Shown piece after piece: positions 12,442-57,941 of a stretch of DNA of 64,000 nucleotides (the stretch's first letter is position 1; every line of letters begins with the position of its first letter). Below the pieces are notes generated by a model. The model saw only the letters and a program-made list of their open reading frames with translations. It made no database searches and was not told the origin of the DNA. The stretch covers positions 44,082,001 through 44,146,000 of the forward strand of contig OZ024748.1 in assembly GCA_964016885.1 (NCBI GenBank), written 5' to 3'. Origin of the DNA: Eledone cirrhosa (lineage: Eukaryota). The translations under genes were made by a program, and so were the position numbers.

Positions 12442-14983
12442 ATGAGAAATATGGTATCAAGTGTTAAATATGCAAAATATACTCTAATAAATCAAATAAG
12501 TGTAAAAGGTATTTGTCATTTGTAAGATTGGAAAAAAAATGAAATTGAAAGATGATAACCAAGTGGGAAAATGTCAAATGTTCAATGTTAATTGTTTGAA
12601 GTAGGTCATAGGAAAGAGAGAGACTTGACTAGAATATTGGTGAACAGACAGGCCTTTAAATTAACTTTCACCTCCGACACTATACAAGAACACGTTTAAA
12701 ACAATGGAATGCTTTACATTCTCTATCCAGCTACGACATGCACAGTTGTTTGAACTTTGATTCAAGAATGATGCACAGGAGTTGGGATTTTGAGATGTTG
12801 GCACATCCTGTCAAACCACACAGAAAATACTCTCCCTACTTTATAAGTATTTCGAAGAACATGTCATAAAAATATTTGTCAATTCAAAATGTAAATTTAA
12901 AAATTTGTGTAATGGTCAAGCTCACTGAAACTAAAGTGATTTCCATCCTTTTCAATACCAAAAATAATATACAAGTTTTCTTTATATACTCCTTTTACGT
13001 CCGATTTTCGCAAGGGTGGGACGGCCCTTTTCAGCACAGAATCTCTCCACTCGCTAGTCCTTCATCATAAATGTATATACATATACATATATATATATAT
13101 ATTTAGTTAAGTAAGCGGCAGTCATCATCATCAACGTTTTTATGTCGGTTTTTCCGTGCTTGCATGGGTTGGACGAGTTCATCTCGGTATGATATCTCTC
13201 CACTTACCATGTTCCTTCATCATCTCATCTGTGAGTCTCAGCAATTTTAGGTCAGCTCTCACAATTAAACCAGAAAACTTGTTTAATGAAATGGTTGATG
13301 CTTTGTTGACTTTGCCAAAACTTTACCAAAAATTCAAGTTCAATGGTAGATCTGGTTTAAAAAAGATGTTTCTCCCTTTCGTGAACATATTTCTAATGAA
13401 ATACATTGCATTTCAACTAATTAATGAAGAATTTTGAGAGGTTTTACTAAATATTTTATCAACGTAACAAGGTTCTTATTTCAAATAATAATAATGTTCA
13501 AAACAGGTGGATTTGTTTCATTGAACTGGGAGGTGGGGGGTGGGGGTGTATCAAGAATTAAAAATATTAGACTATTCCTGTAGATTGGCAAATGATTAAA
13601 AAATATTTGGTGAATATTTTTATCAGCTTTATCATGAGTAGTATGTTTGTGGGGACCACAGGTTGGTTTCAAGTTTAGGGGATAACTGGTAAGGTTAATG
13701 TAAAGTTTCAATTGTAAATGATGAGGGGGAAATATTAAAAAGTATGTAAAATATTTAGTAAGGAGTATCACAAGCAGTTACTGTAGGGGTGATGTGAAGA
13801 AGGAAAGTGGGTGCAACGATTTTGCTGATGTTACAATATTCAAATTACTCATTACTCCACAGTGGAGAAAATATTTTATTCTTTGTATCATGGCTGCTGT
13901 GTGGTTTAAGTTCATCTTGCTATCACATAATCTGTTTCTATTTTATTGTGTTGCACCATAAGTGTTGTCTATATATAGTCTTGGACTGACCAATGCTTTG
14001 TGAGTCTATTAGGTAGAAGGGAGTTGTATGAAATACATTTTGTGTCTGTAACTGTCTCTTCTCTTTGCTCTATTGCTCAAGCATGTGGTTATATTTGTTT
14101 ACATCTCATGTAAACAGAAGCCCAAACACTGAGTGGTTACACATGCAAAGGATTGGTATCGGGGAGGGCATCCAACCATAAAATTCTGCCTGAAAATATC
14201 TTCAACCCATGCCAACATGGTAAAGCAGATGTAAAAGTAATGAAAATAATAGCAATGTTTCATTATACTATGTTTTGCTGCATTAACTTTGACATGTCAT
14301 CCTGTGCTGATATCAATCTTTAGTTTGTAAATCCCTGCTTTAAATGTCTTAGTAATCATTTAAAGAATTTGTTAAATTTTTGCTTTCATTACCTGTTTCA
14401 AGTGGAATGTTTTTAAAAACTAATGTTGAATCTGATTCTGAGAATTATGCTGCACTTTTCCATATCAGTGATTTTAAGAAGAAAAAAAAAACAATTAGTT
14501 GCACAAAAAAGTGACAAGAAATATATTACTACTTTTCAAAATCCCTACTCATATTAAGTTGAAGACTAGTCTTAGCATTCTGTTGTATTCAAAGCCAGCT
14601 CTGGTCTTGGTCAGATATCCCTCTGGTCACAAAAAGCTACATCTATTGAGCTGATATTTGCACCATCCTCCTCTGTGATCATGGCCAATGGGACTGGCAA
14701 ATTTATGAAAACCAGACAAGCCAGGGATCTGTTGTCTCATTTATGTACGGTCTCTCAGTCTACGGAAAGGTTGTCATGTCCTTGACACAACTGAAGGGTC
14801 CTACCAACCCTTTGTTTGGCAAGCTTTCTATGGTTGGATGCCCTTCATATCACCAACATTAGGGAGGCTGTTTTTGATGAGATTGAGGTGGGGGGTTCTC
14901 TCAGTCCTCTGTTTGGCAAGCTTTCTACAGCTGTATGTCTGTGTTTATAAATTAACAGATAAGCTTTTGATAAAATAATTGCC

Positions 14984-15190
14984 TTAACCTTTTAGCATTT
15001 AAACCGGTTGTATCGACCAGAATTCTCTTATCTCTTTCTGTTCAAACCGGCTGTAACCGGCCACTCATACTGATGTTAAGGTTTTATTCTCAAAATAAAT
15101 AATACCAAAATCTCATAGATTCAATATTATATGAGATAAAGCCTTTCCCATAAAAATATAATAGTAAATATAGAGTAATGCTGAAGAGTA
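14984..15190 (+). mobile_element. Family A MITE
   Basis: Starts TTAACCTTTTAGCATTTAAACCGG; internal match to the reference copy. Confidence 0.88.
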
Positions 15191-15750
15191 AAAAAAAAAC
15201 CAAATCAGAAGTGATCTAGTGAAAGTAAGAGGTTAAATACTTGATTCTGTATTTCAGATGTGTTTAACGAAGGAACAGTTAACGATCTGGATTATTTACT
15301 AATCACATGCTCAACAATTATGACAATCATTTTAGTAAATTTACTATCAAATATCACTAATTCCACAGTTGAGCGGTTAAGGGTAGCATTTAAAAAATGT
15401 ATGCTCCACAGTATTGAATTTGTTTTAAACATGTTTAAATTTTCAAAAGCCATCCCCTTGCCTCTAATATCAATGGAAATTGTAAAGAAACAGCACACAA
15501 AATGATAAAAATCTTTTCCCAGGAATCTGGTTCATTTACAAGTTTAGATATTACTCCACCCTGCATTTTCTTTACTTGTTCAGATGATTACTCAATCCTA
15601 TAATAAATATGATATCAAATGTACACACCTCAGCATTTGAAATGGTCTAGAGCTTGGATTGAACAAGTTAGCTCACACATCCTACTGGAATAGAAGTATC
15701 TTGAGAAGTCATTTACAGCAAACTGAATAGTACTAGTAAAAAATATGCTT

Positions 15751-15755
<5 letters not shown>

Positions 15756-15810
<55 letters not shown>

Positions 15811-15815
15811 TGAGG

Positions 15816-15858
<43 letters not shown>

Positions 15859-16462
15859 TGAGTTTGTATCCCTAAAACTCAATGTACCCAACTGATTTTT
15901 TTCAAACTTTACATGTGTATTACTTATGTTTCGGGGAGTGTTATGCATATAAAAAATTCAACTTTTTGATCCTCTAGGACCCGCATTAGATGAAAAACTG
16001 CATTTTTTCATCCTTTTAGGGGTTTTTTGAGGCGTTACGTCAGACTGATTTCCTTGAAATTGTAACTATGTATTAGTCAGTCTCTTCTTCATACCATGAG
16101 CAAAGAAAAAATCCAACTTTTTTTATGGCCCAAGGCCCGCATTAGGTGAAAAACTTCATTTTTTCAGCTTTTTAGGGCTTTTTTGAGGTGTTACGTCTAG
16201 CCGGTTTTCCTGAAATTTCAAGGCATATTATGCACATAAAAAAAAAATCATTTTCTTGATCCCCTAGAGCCCACTTTAGGCGAAAACCTGCATTTTTCCT
16301 GCTTCATCGAGGAAAATCTTAAAGATTATCCAGCCATCAGAGTATTCGGTTTATTTTCTTCACATATTGTTCAGGCATGCAGTTATTTCACGATTAGGTC
16401 TGTTGGCAGTCCACATTCCAAAATACCTTATCCCGTGCAACATCGGGGGGTACCACTGCTAG
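15756..16462 (+). mobile_element. Non-autonomous Helitron-like element
   Basis: 5' (TA)nAAACT followed by (GT)n, internal ~140-bp subrepeats, 3' hairpin CCCGTGCAACATCGGG (16432-47) and terminal CTAG (16459-62) followed by T. Confidence 0.75.
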
Positions 16463-18756
16463 TATATAATATGCTGGTATCCACAGTAAAGTGGTCAGGT
16501 AGGCATCAGCAAAAAACGCCCAACTTACATAGGTGTCACAAACAAAAAGTGCCCAGTACACACTGTAAATGTGGTTGGCATTAGGAAGGGCACCTTGTTT
16601 CTCACTTGTTGGTGGTTGCCAAAGCTACATATCCACCTAGTTTCTACTGAGACAAAAATAGGCTAGAATCTTATAGATTACTTGCTTATATATATGAGCT
16701 GATGCTCATTTGCATATGGAGTGTTAGCCATCTCAGCTTAAATTAGAAATTAGTATTGGTGCTCCTACATAGCGTTATGGTCATGTTCTATATCAAATAA
16801 TATACAAGGTGTGTATCTTATGTGTATATATCATCATCATAATCGTTGAACGTCTATTTTCCACGCTAGCAGTGGTTAGACGTGTTTGTCCCATTAGAGG
16901 TAAGTTGAATTAGGTGACCATGTCTAGCTCATATAGGACCGTTTCTCGCTGGTTTTCTACAACTGGATGCCCTTCCTAACACCAATATATATGTTTTTGA
17001 GGGAGTTATAACCCACCAATATATTGTTGATGGCAAATTTTCATTCAACTTAATTTAATGAATCATTTGAAATTATTGCTTAACCCTTTAGTGAACCAAT
17101 ATTTCTAGGGCCAGAGCCCATCTCCTGCACTTTCTCCCCATCAATCTTCCATTTGTTTGTGTGATACATTAACCAATGTTTTTCAACTTTCACTAGTCAG
17201 ACATTCTTAGAAAGTTCAAAACAGCACTATGACTACATCACATTAAAAATTGAAGTCTTTAAGTACTGCACATTTTCACAACAATCTGTCCACTATTAAA
17301 GACACTCTAAACATTTGAATTAACTCGTTTTTAGATATTTTCTGCTGAATCATTACAGGATGTTAAAGACCAGATATATTTCAAATTACATTGTCTCTAT
17401 AGTGTTCCAAAATTTTAAAGAGTTGATTTTGTTGTTAGATTTGAAATACTTTGCATAGTTTACATCTACTAATTACATCTGTAATTTTATTTGATTGGAT
17501 TTTACTCATATATTACATATGTCAGCTATTCTTGTATTCTCCTTTGGTGTGTGTATGTGTATATAAATATATATATATATATATATAAAATATTAGGCAT
17601 GAATCAAAGTTGTAGCTCATATAGCAGGTACTAATCAAGTTTGAGGTAAACACAACAGTTAAAAAGTGTGACACCAAGAAAAACAACCAAAGGCAGTGGC
17701 CATACATATACCACAACAATAACACTGATTTTGTGGGCCATCTCTGAATCAAATATGTTCCCTATTCTCTGTTTGCTGTATCCTTTCATTAGTCCAGCCT
17801 TCTCTTTTAATTAAATATATATATGTGTGTGTGTATGCACACTGTATATATACATACACAATACAAATTGAACAGCATATATGTTGTATATTGGACAACT
17901 GTGTTGACCACTACACTAGGCTGACCTAACAGATTTTCATTAAAATTTAGCATATTTAAGTGTGTGTACGTGTGTACCCCACACACACACACACAAGTAG
18001 CAATTTAAAAATACTTTTTTAGATTTTGAAGGTGAAATTGAAATGTCAGGAATTTGCAGAATCTATTGCTAGTTGATCAGTGACATACTGGTAGTATCTG
18101 ATTGGTTGGAATGTATTTTTATTTAGTAGTAAAATTCCCTTTTTATAAAATAATTCTGCTTAACTAGCTTATCTACTCCATTGAAATTTGATCCTTATGT
18201 TATACAATTTATAGTTTATACTCTGTCAGTGAGTACCCCAATAGATAATCAAGTTAATCAATTGTAATCAATTATAGATTATAGAATCAGATGATTTAAG
18301 TTGATACTAAATAATTTTGGTCTTGAAATCTAAAAATATTCATCTTTCTGTTGAAGCAAACATTGATTTTAGGCTGGACATTGTAGTTGTTTAGAATTGC
18401 TCTATCATCATCATCGTTTAATGTACATTATCCTTGCTAGCACGGGTTGGACATATGAGAGACTGGTCAGTACTCAAGCAGAACCTCACGCATCCAGGTG
18501 TGTTGGAGACCCAGCATATGATCCTACTCTCTAGAGTGTATTTTATCATGACACCTACACTGTGGAGATTGTCATGTCTATGATACAATTGAATTGCGCA
18601 CCCACTGCTATGTTTGGTAAGTTTTCTACAGTGGAATGTCCTTCCTATCACCAAACACTTTATAGTGTACCAAATTGAAACTCCAGGATGGCTGCAGCCC
18701 AATCAGTGAAACCAGTAAAAGAGTGTTGCTGTATAAATGGGTGAATCTGTATTTTC

Positions 18757-20146
18757 AATATTCCTCTATCAGGAGGTTCCACTCTGTCCAGCTGTCCTGT
18801 TAGTATTCCTCTATTGGAGGGGTTTCACTCTGTCCAGCTGTCCTGTTAGTATTCCTCTATTGGAGGGGTTTCACTGTCCAGCTGTCCTGTTAGTATTCCT
18901 CTATTGGAAGGGGTTTCACTCTGTCCAGCTGTCCTGTTAGTATTCCTCTATTGGAAGGGGTTTCACTCTGTCCAGCTGTCCTGCTAGTATTCCTCTATTG
19001 GAGGGGTTTCACTCTGTCCAGCTGTCCTGTTAGTATTCCTCTATTGGAAGGGGTTTCACTCTGTCCAGCTGTCCTGTTAGTATTCCTCTATTGGAAGGGG
19101 TTTCCCTCTGTCGAGCTATCCTGTTAGTATTTCTCTATTGAAAGGGGTTTCCTCTGTCCAAATATCCTGTTAGTATTCATCTATTGGAAGGGGTTTCCTC
19201 TGTCCAGCTGTCCTGTTAGTATTCCTCTATTGGAAGGGGTTTCACTCTGTCCAGCTGTCCTGTTAGTATTCCTCTATTGGAAGGGGTTTCACTCTGTCCA
19301 GCTGTCCTGCTAGTATTCCTCTATTGGAAGGGGTTTCCTCTGTCCAGCTGTCCTGTTAGTATTCCTCTATTGGAAGGGGTTTCCTCTGTCCAGCTGTCCT
19401 GTTAGTATTCCTCTATTGGAAGGGGTTTCACTCTGTCCAGCTGTCCTGTTAGTATTTCTCTATTGAAAGGGGTTTCCTCTGTCCAAATATCCTGTTAGTA
19501 TTCATCTATTGGAAGGGGTTTCCTCTGTCCAGCTGTCCTGTTAGTATTCCTCTATTGGAAGGGGTTTCCCTCTGTCCAGCTGTCCTGCTAGTATTCCTCT
19601 ATTGGAAGGGGTTTCACTCTGTCCAGCTGTCCTGTTAGTATTCCTCTATTGGAAGGGGTTTCACTCTGTCCAGCTGTCCTGTTAGTATTCCTCTATTGGA
19701 AGGGGTTTCACTCTGTCCAGCTATCCTGCTAGTATTCCTCTATTGGAGGGGTTTCACTCTGTCCAGCTGTCCTGTTAGTATTCCTCTATTGGAAGGGGTT
19801 TCACTTTGTCCAGCTGTCCTGCTAGTATTCCTCTATTGGAAGGGGTTTCACTCTGTCCAGCTGTCCTGTTAGTATTCCTCTATTGGAAGGGGTTTCACTC
19901 TGTCCAGCTGTCCTGTTAGTATTCCTCTATTGGACGGGGTTTCACTCTGTCCAGCTATCCTGCTAGTATTCCTCTATTGGAGGGGTTTCACTCTGTCCAG
20001 CTGTCCTGTTAGTATTCCTCTATTGGAGGGGTTTCACTCTGTCCAGCTGTCCTGTCAGTATTCCTCTATTGGAAGGGGTTTCACTCTGTCCTGCTAGTAT
20101 TCCTCTATTGGAAGGGGTTTCACTTTATCTGCTAGTATTCCTCTAT
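18757..20146. repeat. Minisatellite, 47-bp unit, ~30 copies
   Basis: Unit TAGTATTCCTCTATTGGAAGGGGTTTCACTCTGTCCAGCTGTCCTGT. Confidence 0.98.
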
Positions 20147-21261
20147 CTGATGACACTTCTGTTTGCTATTGATTTCTGTACCAATCAGCAATTATTTTAC
20201 ATAATTGCTTTAGCGAGAGTTCTTTAAGAAGGCAGTGTCAGGATTGTTGTTTAGTTTATGCATTTATTTATTTCAGTTTTAAATTTTGTTCATCTCATGA
20301 CTAGATGGCTCTGGTTTCAGTCCTGCTGTGCAACACCCTGGGCACGTGGTAAGGGTGTTGGACTTACGATCATAATGTCTTGGGTTTGATTCAGCTCTAA
20401 ATGAGTACTGACAATAGTCGGGGCTTTAACTCTGCAATGGACTGGAGTCTTGTACTCTATCACTTCACGCCACAAAATCGGGATAAGCACCAGCCTAACG
20501 AGCCTTCTGGCTTGCGACACTTTAATCCTTTAGCCAATTCACCCTGTAAAGTGGTAGTAGTGGAGTCACAAAATGTTCCCAGTATATGCTGTGGAGAGGT
20601 TGGCATTAGGGAGGGATTCTGGCCATGGAATCCAAGCCAAAAATGCAATCTATGAGCGAGATGCAGTCACCTGACCACTTGACCCCTCTAACCTTAAAGC
20701 ATGACACCTGTGTAACCCATGCTGGCATGAAAAGTAACTGTTAAACTGTGATAATGAGGGTGAAAATTTCCTGTCTATGTGAACACATGCACAAGTTAGG
20801 TAATCTGTAAACATTTTAACAATATTATTTCAGTAAACTTTGAGAAATATCTATGTAAATTGTGGAAAAGATTAACAAAGATATTTACAACTCATAAAAA
20901 CTTGCAGGTTTAGCTGGCTATAGTTTGATTTCCTAGGTCTCTTTGGTGTGTTTTAATGATAGAGGCCCCTAGTCTTATGAAATGCAATGTAAAATTAAAA
21001 ATCTAGCTGAAGAACACAATGTGGCCCTTAGCTTAGGAATCAAACTTAAGATTTTAGTGGCCACGAGTCCAATACCCCTAGGCCACACACTTTCACTGTG
21101 AATACATTAAATTTGTGTCGAGGTTCTATTATATCCAGTCAAATTTATTCATACCATACCCTAACCCCTTACTATATTTCCTGTGGAAGACACGGCCTAT
21201 GGTTTTTAAATGTGGATCTAACAGTGATGATGATGGACGATGTTTAGTTTTTATACACTGG

Positions 21262-21427
21262 TTAGATACAAGGTGTATACACCTTGTATCTAAGGTGTAT
21301 ACACCATTTAGATACAAGGTATATACACCATTTAGATACAAGGTATATACACCATTTAGATACAAGGTATATACACCATTTAGATACAAGGTGTATACAC
21401 CATTTAGATACAAGGCGTATACACCAC
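21262..21427. repeat. Perfect 32-bp palindrome followed by a 24-bp tandem repeat (~6 copies)
   Basis: TTAGATACAAGGTGTA-TACACCTTGTATCTAA, then (AGATACAAGGTATATACACCATTT)n. Confidence 0.95.
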
Positions 21428-22265
21428 TTTGATAAAAAATGTTTTAATGTTTGTGTTTAAAATAGTTATATCAGAAGAATACATTTCTTAACATTAGCTT
21501 AGAGATAGGATGTAAATATACAATATTGTTTCATTTTTGTTTTGTATTTCTTTGGTGATATCGTTTACATTCCTAACTTTGCAGTTGTTTCCTGCAGATG
21601 TTTTTGATGGTGAAAGTACCTCCAGTAGAGGAAGTCGAAGGAAAGCTCTAAAAAATATTAGTTCGGTTCAGATCTTAATTTTGGGTCTTAGAGGGTTCAT
21701 TTTAGCCCTTGCCAACATGGAGAGACAGAAGTTAGGGAGTAATATAGTGTTTGACTGGTAAAATCAATTTATTGATGTTGTTTAGTGTAAATCTGGAAGA
21801 TGTTTGAAGTTGTTTTCACCACAACAACCTGTTTTGATAACGATTGTTTTGCACTCATTGACATTGCTCTATTAAAATTATCAAAGGCTCACACTTGTAA
21901 GGTTTCCGATATTTTCACTTCTTTTTTTTTTTTAAATGATTTGTTCGTCAAGAGCAGCTTGGTTTTGGTTTGGTTTACAAATCTCTCTTTCTCTCTTTCT
22001 CTCTCTCTCTATCTCTCGTTGAGGTCTGCTGGCTTTGGTGTCTGATAGTAGCTGCATTCCTTAGCTGTTGTATTTGGCAACAAGAACCTTTACATGTTGA
22101 ATTGTGTAACTGCTACCTAAACCCTTGCATCATTAATTTTATATTGATTTTCTTCCACTTGGTTTGCTTGTCCTATTTTCATATATCATAATTGGCAGAT
22201 AGGAGATATTGTTCACTTTTATTCTTACTCTGCTGCACATATATGCTTGTTAAAGTATATATATA

Positions 22266-22321
<56 letters not shown>

Positions 22322-22802
22322 GTGAATGTATGTATACATATGCATACTTAATTTTTGAAGTAAAATCAGTGTGAAATACTCCTCTTTATGATAAAGCTAC
22401 TGTAGGTAATTGGGCTTTGTTTTTCTTTGTAGGGAAATGGATCCTGGTTTTTAGAATCGGTGCATTGTATTACTGTGTTGTAAGAGGTAATCAAAAGGGT
22501 TGGCATAACAAAAAAAAGCTTCCGGTTGTAAAATATTGTCCAGTAACATCCATTGATCGTCGTCATCATCATCATTGTTTTTGTATCTATTTTGCTAAGT
22601 GTCCATGGGTTGGATGGGTCCTTTTCAGCATAGCATCTCTCCACTTGCCACATTCCATTGTCATCTCTGTGAGTCTCAGCGATTTTGAGTTTAGCTCTCA
22701 CCACCTCTGGTCAAGTCTTTCCTGGTTTTACCTCTTCTGTGGCTTCCTTCCACTGGGATTTCTGGAAAAGTGGATGTACAGTACACACTTATGTAGTTGA
22801 CA

Positions 22803-23012
22803 TTAACCCTTTAGCATTTATACCAACCGTATCTGGTCAGAATTATCTCACCCTTTCTCTTCAAACTGGCTGTAACTGGCCACTTATATTGTTGTTAAGG
22901 TGTTCTCCAAATAAATATAAAAAATCTCATAATCAATATTATGCGAAGTAAAGCGTTGAAACCATGAAAATACAATAGTAAATATAGAGTAATATAAATG
23001 GTAAAGGGTTAA
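22803..23012 (+). mobile_element. Family A MITE
   Basis: Both TIRs and both TTAA sites intact. Confidence 0.9.
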
Positions 23013-23434
23013 ATTGGCCACAGCTCTACGTTTTTGTAGAGTTGCTTACATACAGTAAAAATATACAGATACTGTTGAACCAATGATATATTTGTTCTCT
23101 GGAAAGCAGTTACCATTATTTTACAACTGTTTTTGATACTACATAGGTGTGAGTTGTATAAGAAGAGAGAATTATATTTACTAAATCCTCCAAATTATTG
23201 ATTATTTGATTATTTGAAAATTATTGTCAGTGTATATTGCATAAGGAATATGGTAACAAAAAGGTTAATAGATGAAAGAATTCAACCATTCTCATACCAA
23301 CTCTACTGAAATTGTCCTTAGTTCTATGCTATAAATCTGTTTGCATTAAATAAAGTGTTTATATTTATCTAAGAAAACTTTCCATCATAATTTTGTGTAT
23401 TCCAAACACCAGTTTAATAATGAGAAAATTAACT

Positions 23435-23587
23435 TATATACTCGAATATAAAACAAAGAATATGTGATAAAAAAACAAATCGATAGTAAAATGGTGATTA
23501 GCTGCCTTGACTTATAAAGGGGGTTTGGATTTTTGCCCATTTCTTGGACATAAATGAGGGTGGGATTATATTCGAGTGTATATGGTA
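23435..23587. mobile_element. pogo/Tigger-like MITE remnant (related copy at ~38900-39010)
   Basis: Inverted ends TATATACTCGAATATAA / TTATATTCGAGTGTATATGGTA. Confidence 0.6.
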
Positions 23588-24554
23588 TATTACTAAATCC
23601 TTTTATAGTCTTGATGATTTTGAATTATGGTAACCAAAAGGTTAACCTGCCATGTACAATTTACCATTTATGTTCCACCATTCTGAAATATTTTTAGTTT
23701 AGTCATCTTTAACAATGGCTATTTATAGTTAGTCTGTAGTCTGTTGGCCAACTAGCAATGCTAGTTAAATTTTATACTCACTATTTATAGATTGAACAGC
23801 TTATCCCAAAGTCCAATGTAATAATCACCAATATTTACATTACTAAATTATAGTTTATAATTTTAAAATGTGATGACTTTAATATTGACAGTCAGGGATA
23901 AGTTGATGGCATGAAACCTGGAGCAATCTTTGTTAGACTTGCATTTACTACATACAAGAACATGCTCGCATGTACGCACACATATATACACAGAAATCGG
24001 GTTTGAATTTGATTGTTTTCTCATTTCAAATCTTTTTCAGTATGTCGTGTATGTATATACTTGATAATGAAATAATTTCAGAAAGATAGCTAGACCTATT
24101 ATTTGTATGGGAAAATAAACATTTTTAGCCTATTTCCAACACAACTTCTAGGGAAAATGAGTAATAATTTCCTGACCTAAACCAAAGTATTTATAACCTC
24201 CAGCACCACACTCCTATTAAATAAAAAGAAAATTAGAATTAATTCCATAAGCAAATGTTTCTTTACACTTCTATCACCATAATCACATTATATCTGCTTA
24301 TATTGGAATTGTAAGTAAATAGCCAATTTAATTAAAGTTTTTAAATCAAATTTAGAATAACTACAGGATGAATGCAACATCAGATAATAGAAAAAATATT
24401 TATGCTAAATATTTAAAATAATTCATATAATTTTAAAGAATATAAAAGATTAAAGCATTATATGGTAAAATAAGTTGTAAATTGTCAGGCACAAAGTGAA
24501 AAAGTAAATTAAAGTATTAATGACAAATGAAACAATTAAACATAAATGGCGTTG

Positions 24555-24860
24555 GTTCTCACCCTCTTCTGTGTGTTACAGCCAATCCTCCAGGCAATAA
24601 GAGAGGAGTTGAAGGTCAACTGTCCGTGGGAACTCCTATGAACTGACGACCTAGTTCTTATAGCTGAATCTATAGAAGAAATTCCAGACACTGAGGCCAC
24701 ATGATTCAAGGTTCTGCTTCAAAAGTAACTTTAGTAAACAGTAAATAAAGTTATAAGTAGGAACAGTGGCAAGATCCTGCTACCACCAAGGAAATGAACT
24801 TGATGTGTAGCAAAGAACTCTGTAAATATCCATATGGTGTGTCCATTGTAAGCTACAGGT
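24555..24860 (+). mobile_element. RTE-like LINE reverse-transcriptase remnant
   Basis: Translates ILQAIREELKVNCPWELL*TDDLVLIAESIEEI, a decayed LLYADDLVL motif. Confidence 0.8.
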
Positions 24861-25887
24861 GGTGGTGTGGGATCTCAGGCTGGCTGTTCAACCTTTTGGC
24901 CATGTTTGTTTTGAATTTGGACAACATAGAGTAGAGGCTTCATTAGTCTTGCTGATGACAAAGCCTCTCTTCAGATGGGCCCATGATATAATGCATCTAG
25001 TACACTCTGTAAAGTGGTTTATGAATGAAGATAAAACTATATTTCTTCTGAAATGCATTCTATTTCAATGAATTAATGAAGAATTTTAAGGAATTTACTA
25101 AAATTATTTCATTACTAAGATTCTAACTTAACATATAGTTTTTATATAAAATTGTGTTGAAATGGGTGGATTTGTTCCATAGAACCAGAGCCAGTTTTAG
25201 CCAAGTTGGTATGAAAAAAGGTTAAATAATGCAGGAATTTCCGTTCCAAACGATATTGACAGCTATTACAATACTGACCCCAACACCTACATAATGAGAA
25301 CTAACACTCCCCTATTGATCTAAGCTGTGGAGACACCCCTCTGTCCAGTTAGCTGAGGTGATAACAGTATTTGTTCGTTTTGGAGGTTGGTTGATAGCCT
25401 ATCAAGCAGAGTGTTACATTTTTAGGTGTTTATATCGGCTGATATATTGGCCTTGGTAGCGCTAAAAGAGTACATACACAGTTGGGAAACACAAACAACC
25501 AGATTACCCACTGCTTTTTTTGTTTGAACAACTTGCCTTATGGAATTAATTGCATTTTAGTGTATTGATTTTCATCATCATCATTGTTGTAGGTCCACTT
25601 TATGGATTGAATAAGTCATCGGGATTTGACTGATTTATCTCGTTTACATGTTTCACTTTATGGCAGAGTTTCTATGACTGGATGCCCTTTCTAACACTGA
25701 CCACTTTACAAATTGTACTGAGTGCAGTTGATACATGATTTTTATAGTTTAACTACTTTAGGGATATGAAACAGTTTAGGGTTAATTTGAGTGTTCTTGG
25801 ATAGGAAGAACTTTAGCAAAGCATAGAATGTAAATTTGTAAGTTCTTTCGTATATTACAATCTGCCTTAAAATTATTTTTATGTACC

Positions 25888-26136
25888 TTAACCCTTTCAT
25901 TACTATATTTCTAATGAAAAACACTGCCTATGATTTTCAAATCATTTCAAAAATAATCAAGAATTTAACTAACTTTCTGATTTAGAACATAACTCTTAAA
26001 TTTCTGTAACACATGAAACGGCATTAGCAAGTATGTATGGACCTGTTAGTTATTGTACTACCAAATTATCAATTATTTTCCAAATTATTTGAGAATCAGT
26101 GGCATTTCATTGGAAATATGGTAATGAATGGGTTAA
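25888..26136. mobile_element. Family C TTAA-flanked element in foldback form
   Basis: TTAACCCTTTCATTACTATATTTCTAATGAAA at left; CATTTCATTGGAAATATGGTAATGAATGGGTTAA at right. Confidence 0.7.
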
Positions 26137-26362
26137 ATTAGAATTTACATACATAGCTTTTTAAACGTACTTAGACTTTTTGTCTTATCATAATGCACCG
26201 TAGCTTTCAATTGAAAATATTTTTGTTCAAAGCATCAACAAACGTTTCACAATTAGAGTAAATGTCTTTTCCCGTCATTACTTATTTTTTCAAGCCTGGT
26301 GCTTGTTTTATCAGTCCATAACTTTTGAGCCGCTAAGTTAGGACAAACATAAACACAGTCCT

Positions 26363-26565
26363 TTAACCCTTTTGTATTTACATAACTCTATATATACTAT
26401 TATATTTTCTTGGTAATGGCTTTATCTTACATAATAATATCGAATCTGAGATTTTAATATATTTATTTTGAGAACAATGCATCAGTATGAACGGTCAGTT
26501 ACAGCTGGTTTGAACAGAAAGAGAATTCTGGCCAGATACGGCTGGTTTAAATGCTAAAGGGTTAA
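26363..26565 (-). mobile_element. Family A MITE
   Basis: TTAA-bounded reverse complement of the reference copy. Confidence 0.9.
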
Positions 26566-26793
26566 ACTTCATCTTTTGTCCTAAACTACAAATCAGTTGG
26601 TCAACAAAGTTTAAGGCATGTGAACCATGATGATAAGCTGAAAATGTTTAGATCAAATTTAAAACAAGAAGTATAATATGGATTAATTTTAAGTGCTTTT
26701 TTCAATAAAATGATGTTTGTATATACAATTTTAGTTGTCAACTTCTATTTTGGTTTAATGATGTCTTTAATTTTACTTCTTTCTTCTTCTCAG

Positions 26794-57941
<31,148 letters not shown>

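Noticed and set aside
15256-15505. ORF following a TTTCAG acceptor-like site
   Set aside because: No recognisable domain and no partner exons; consistent with a chance ORF in AT-rich DNA.
21597-21757. Exon-like segment with GCCAACATGG Kozak context ending ...VFDW before GTAAAA
   Set aside because: The ATG context resembles the SINE/LINE tail motif, and splicing to 26794 would create an in-frame TGA.
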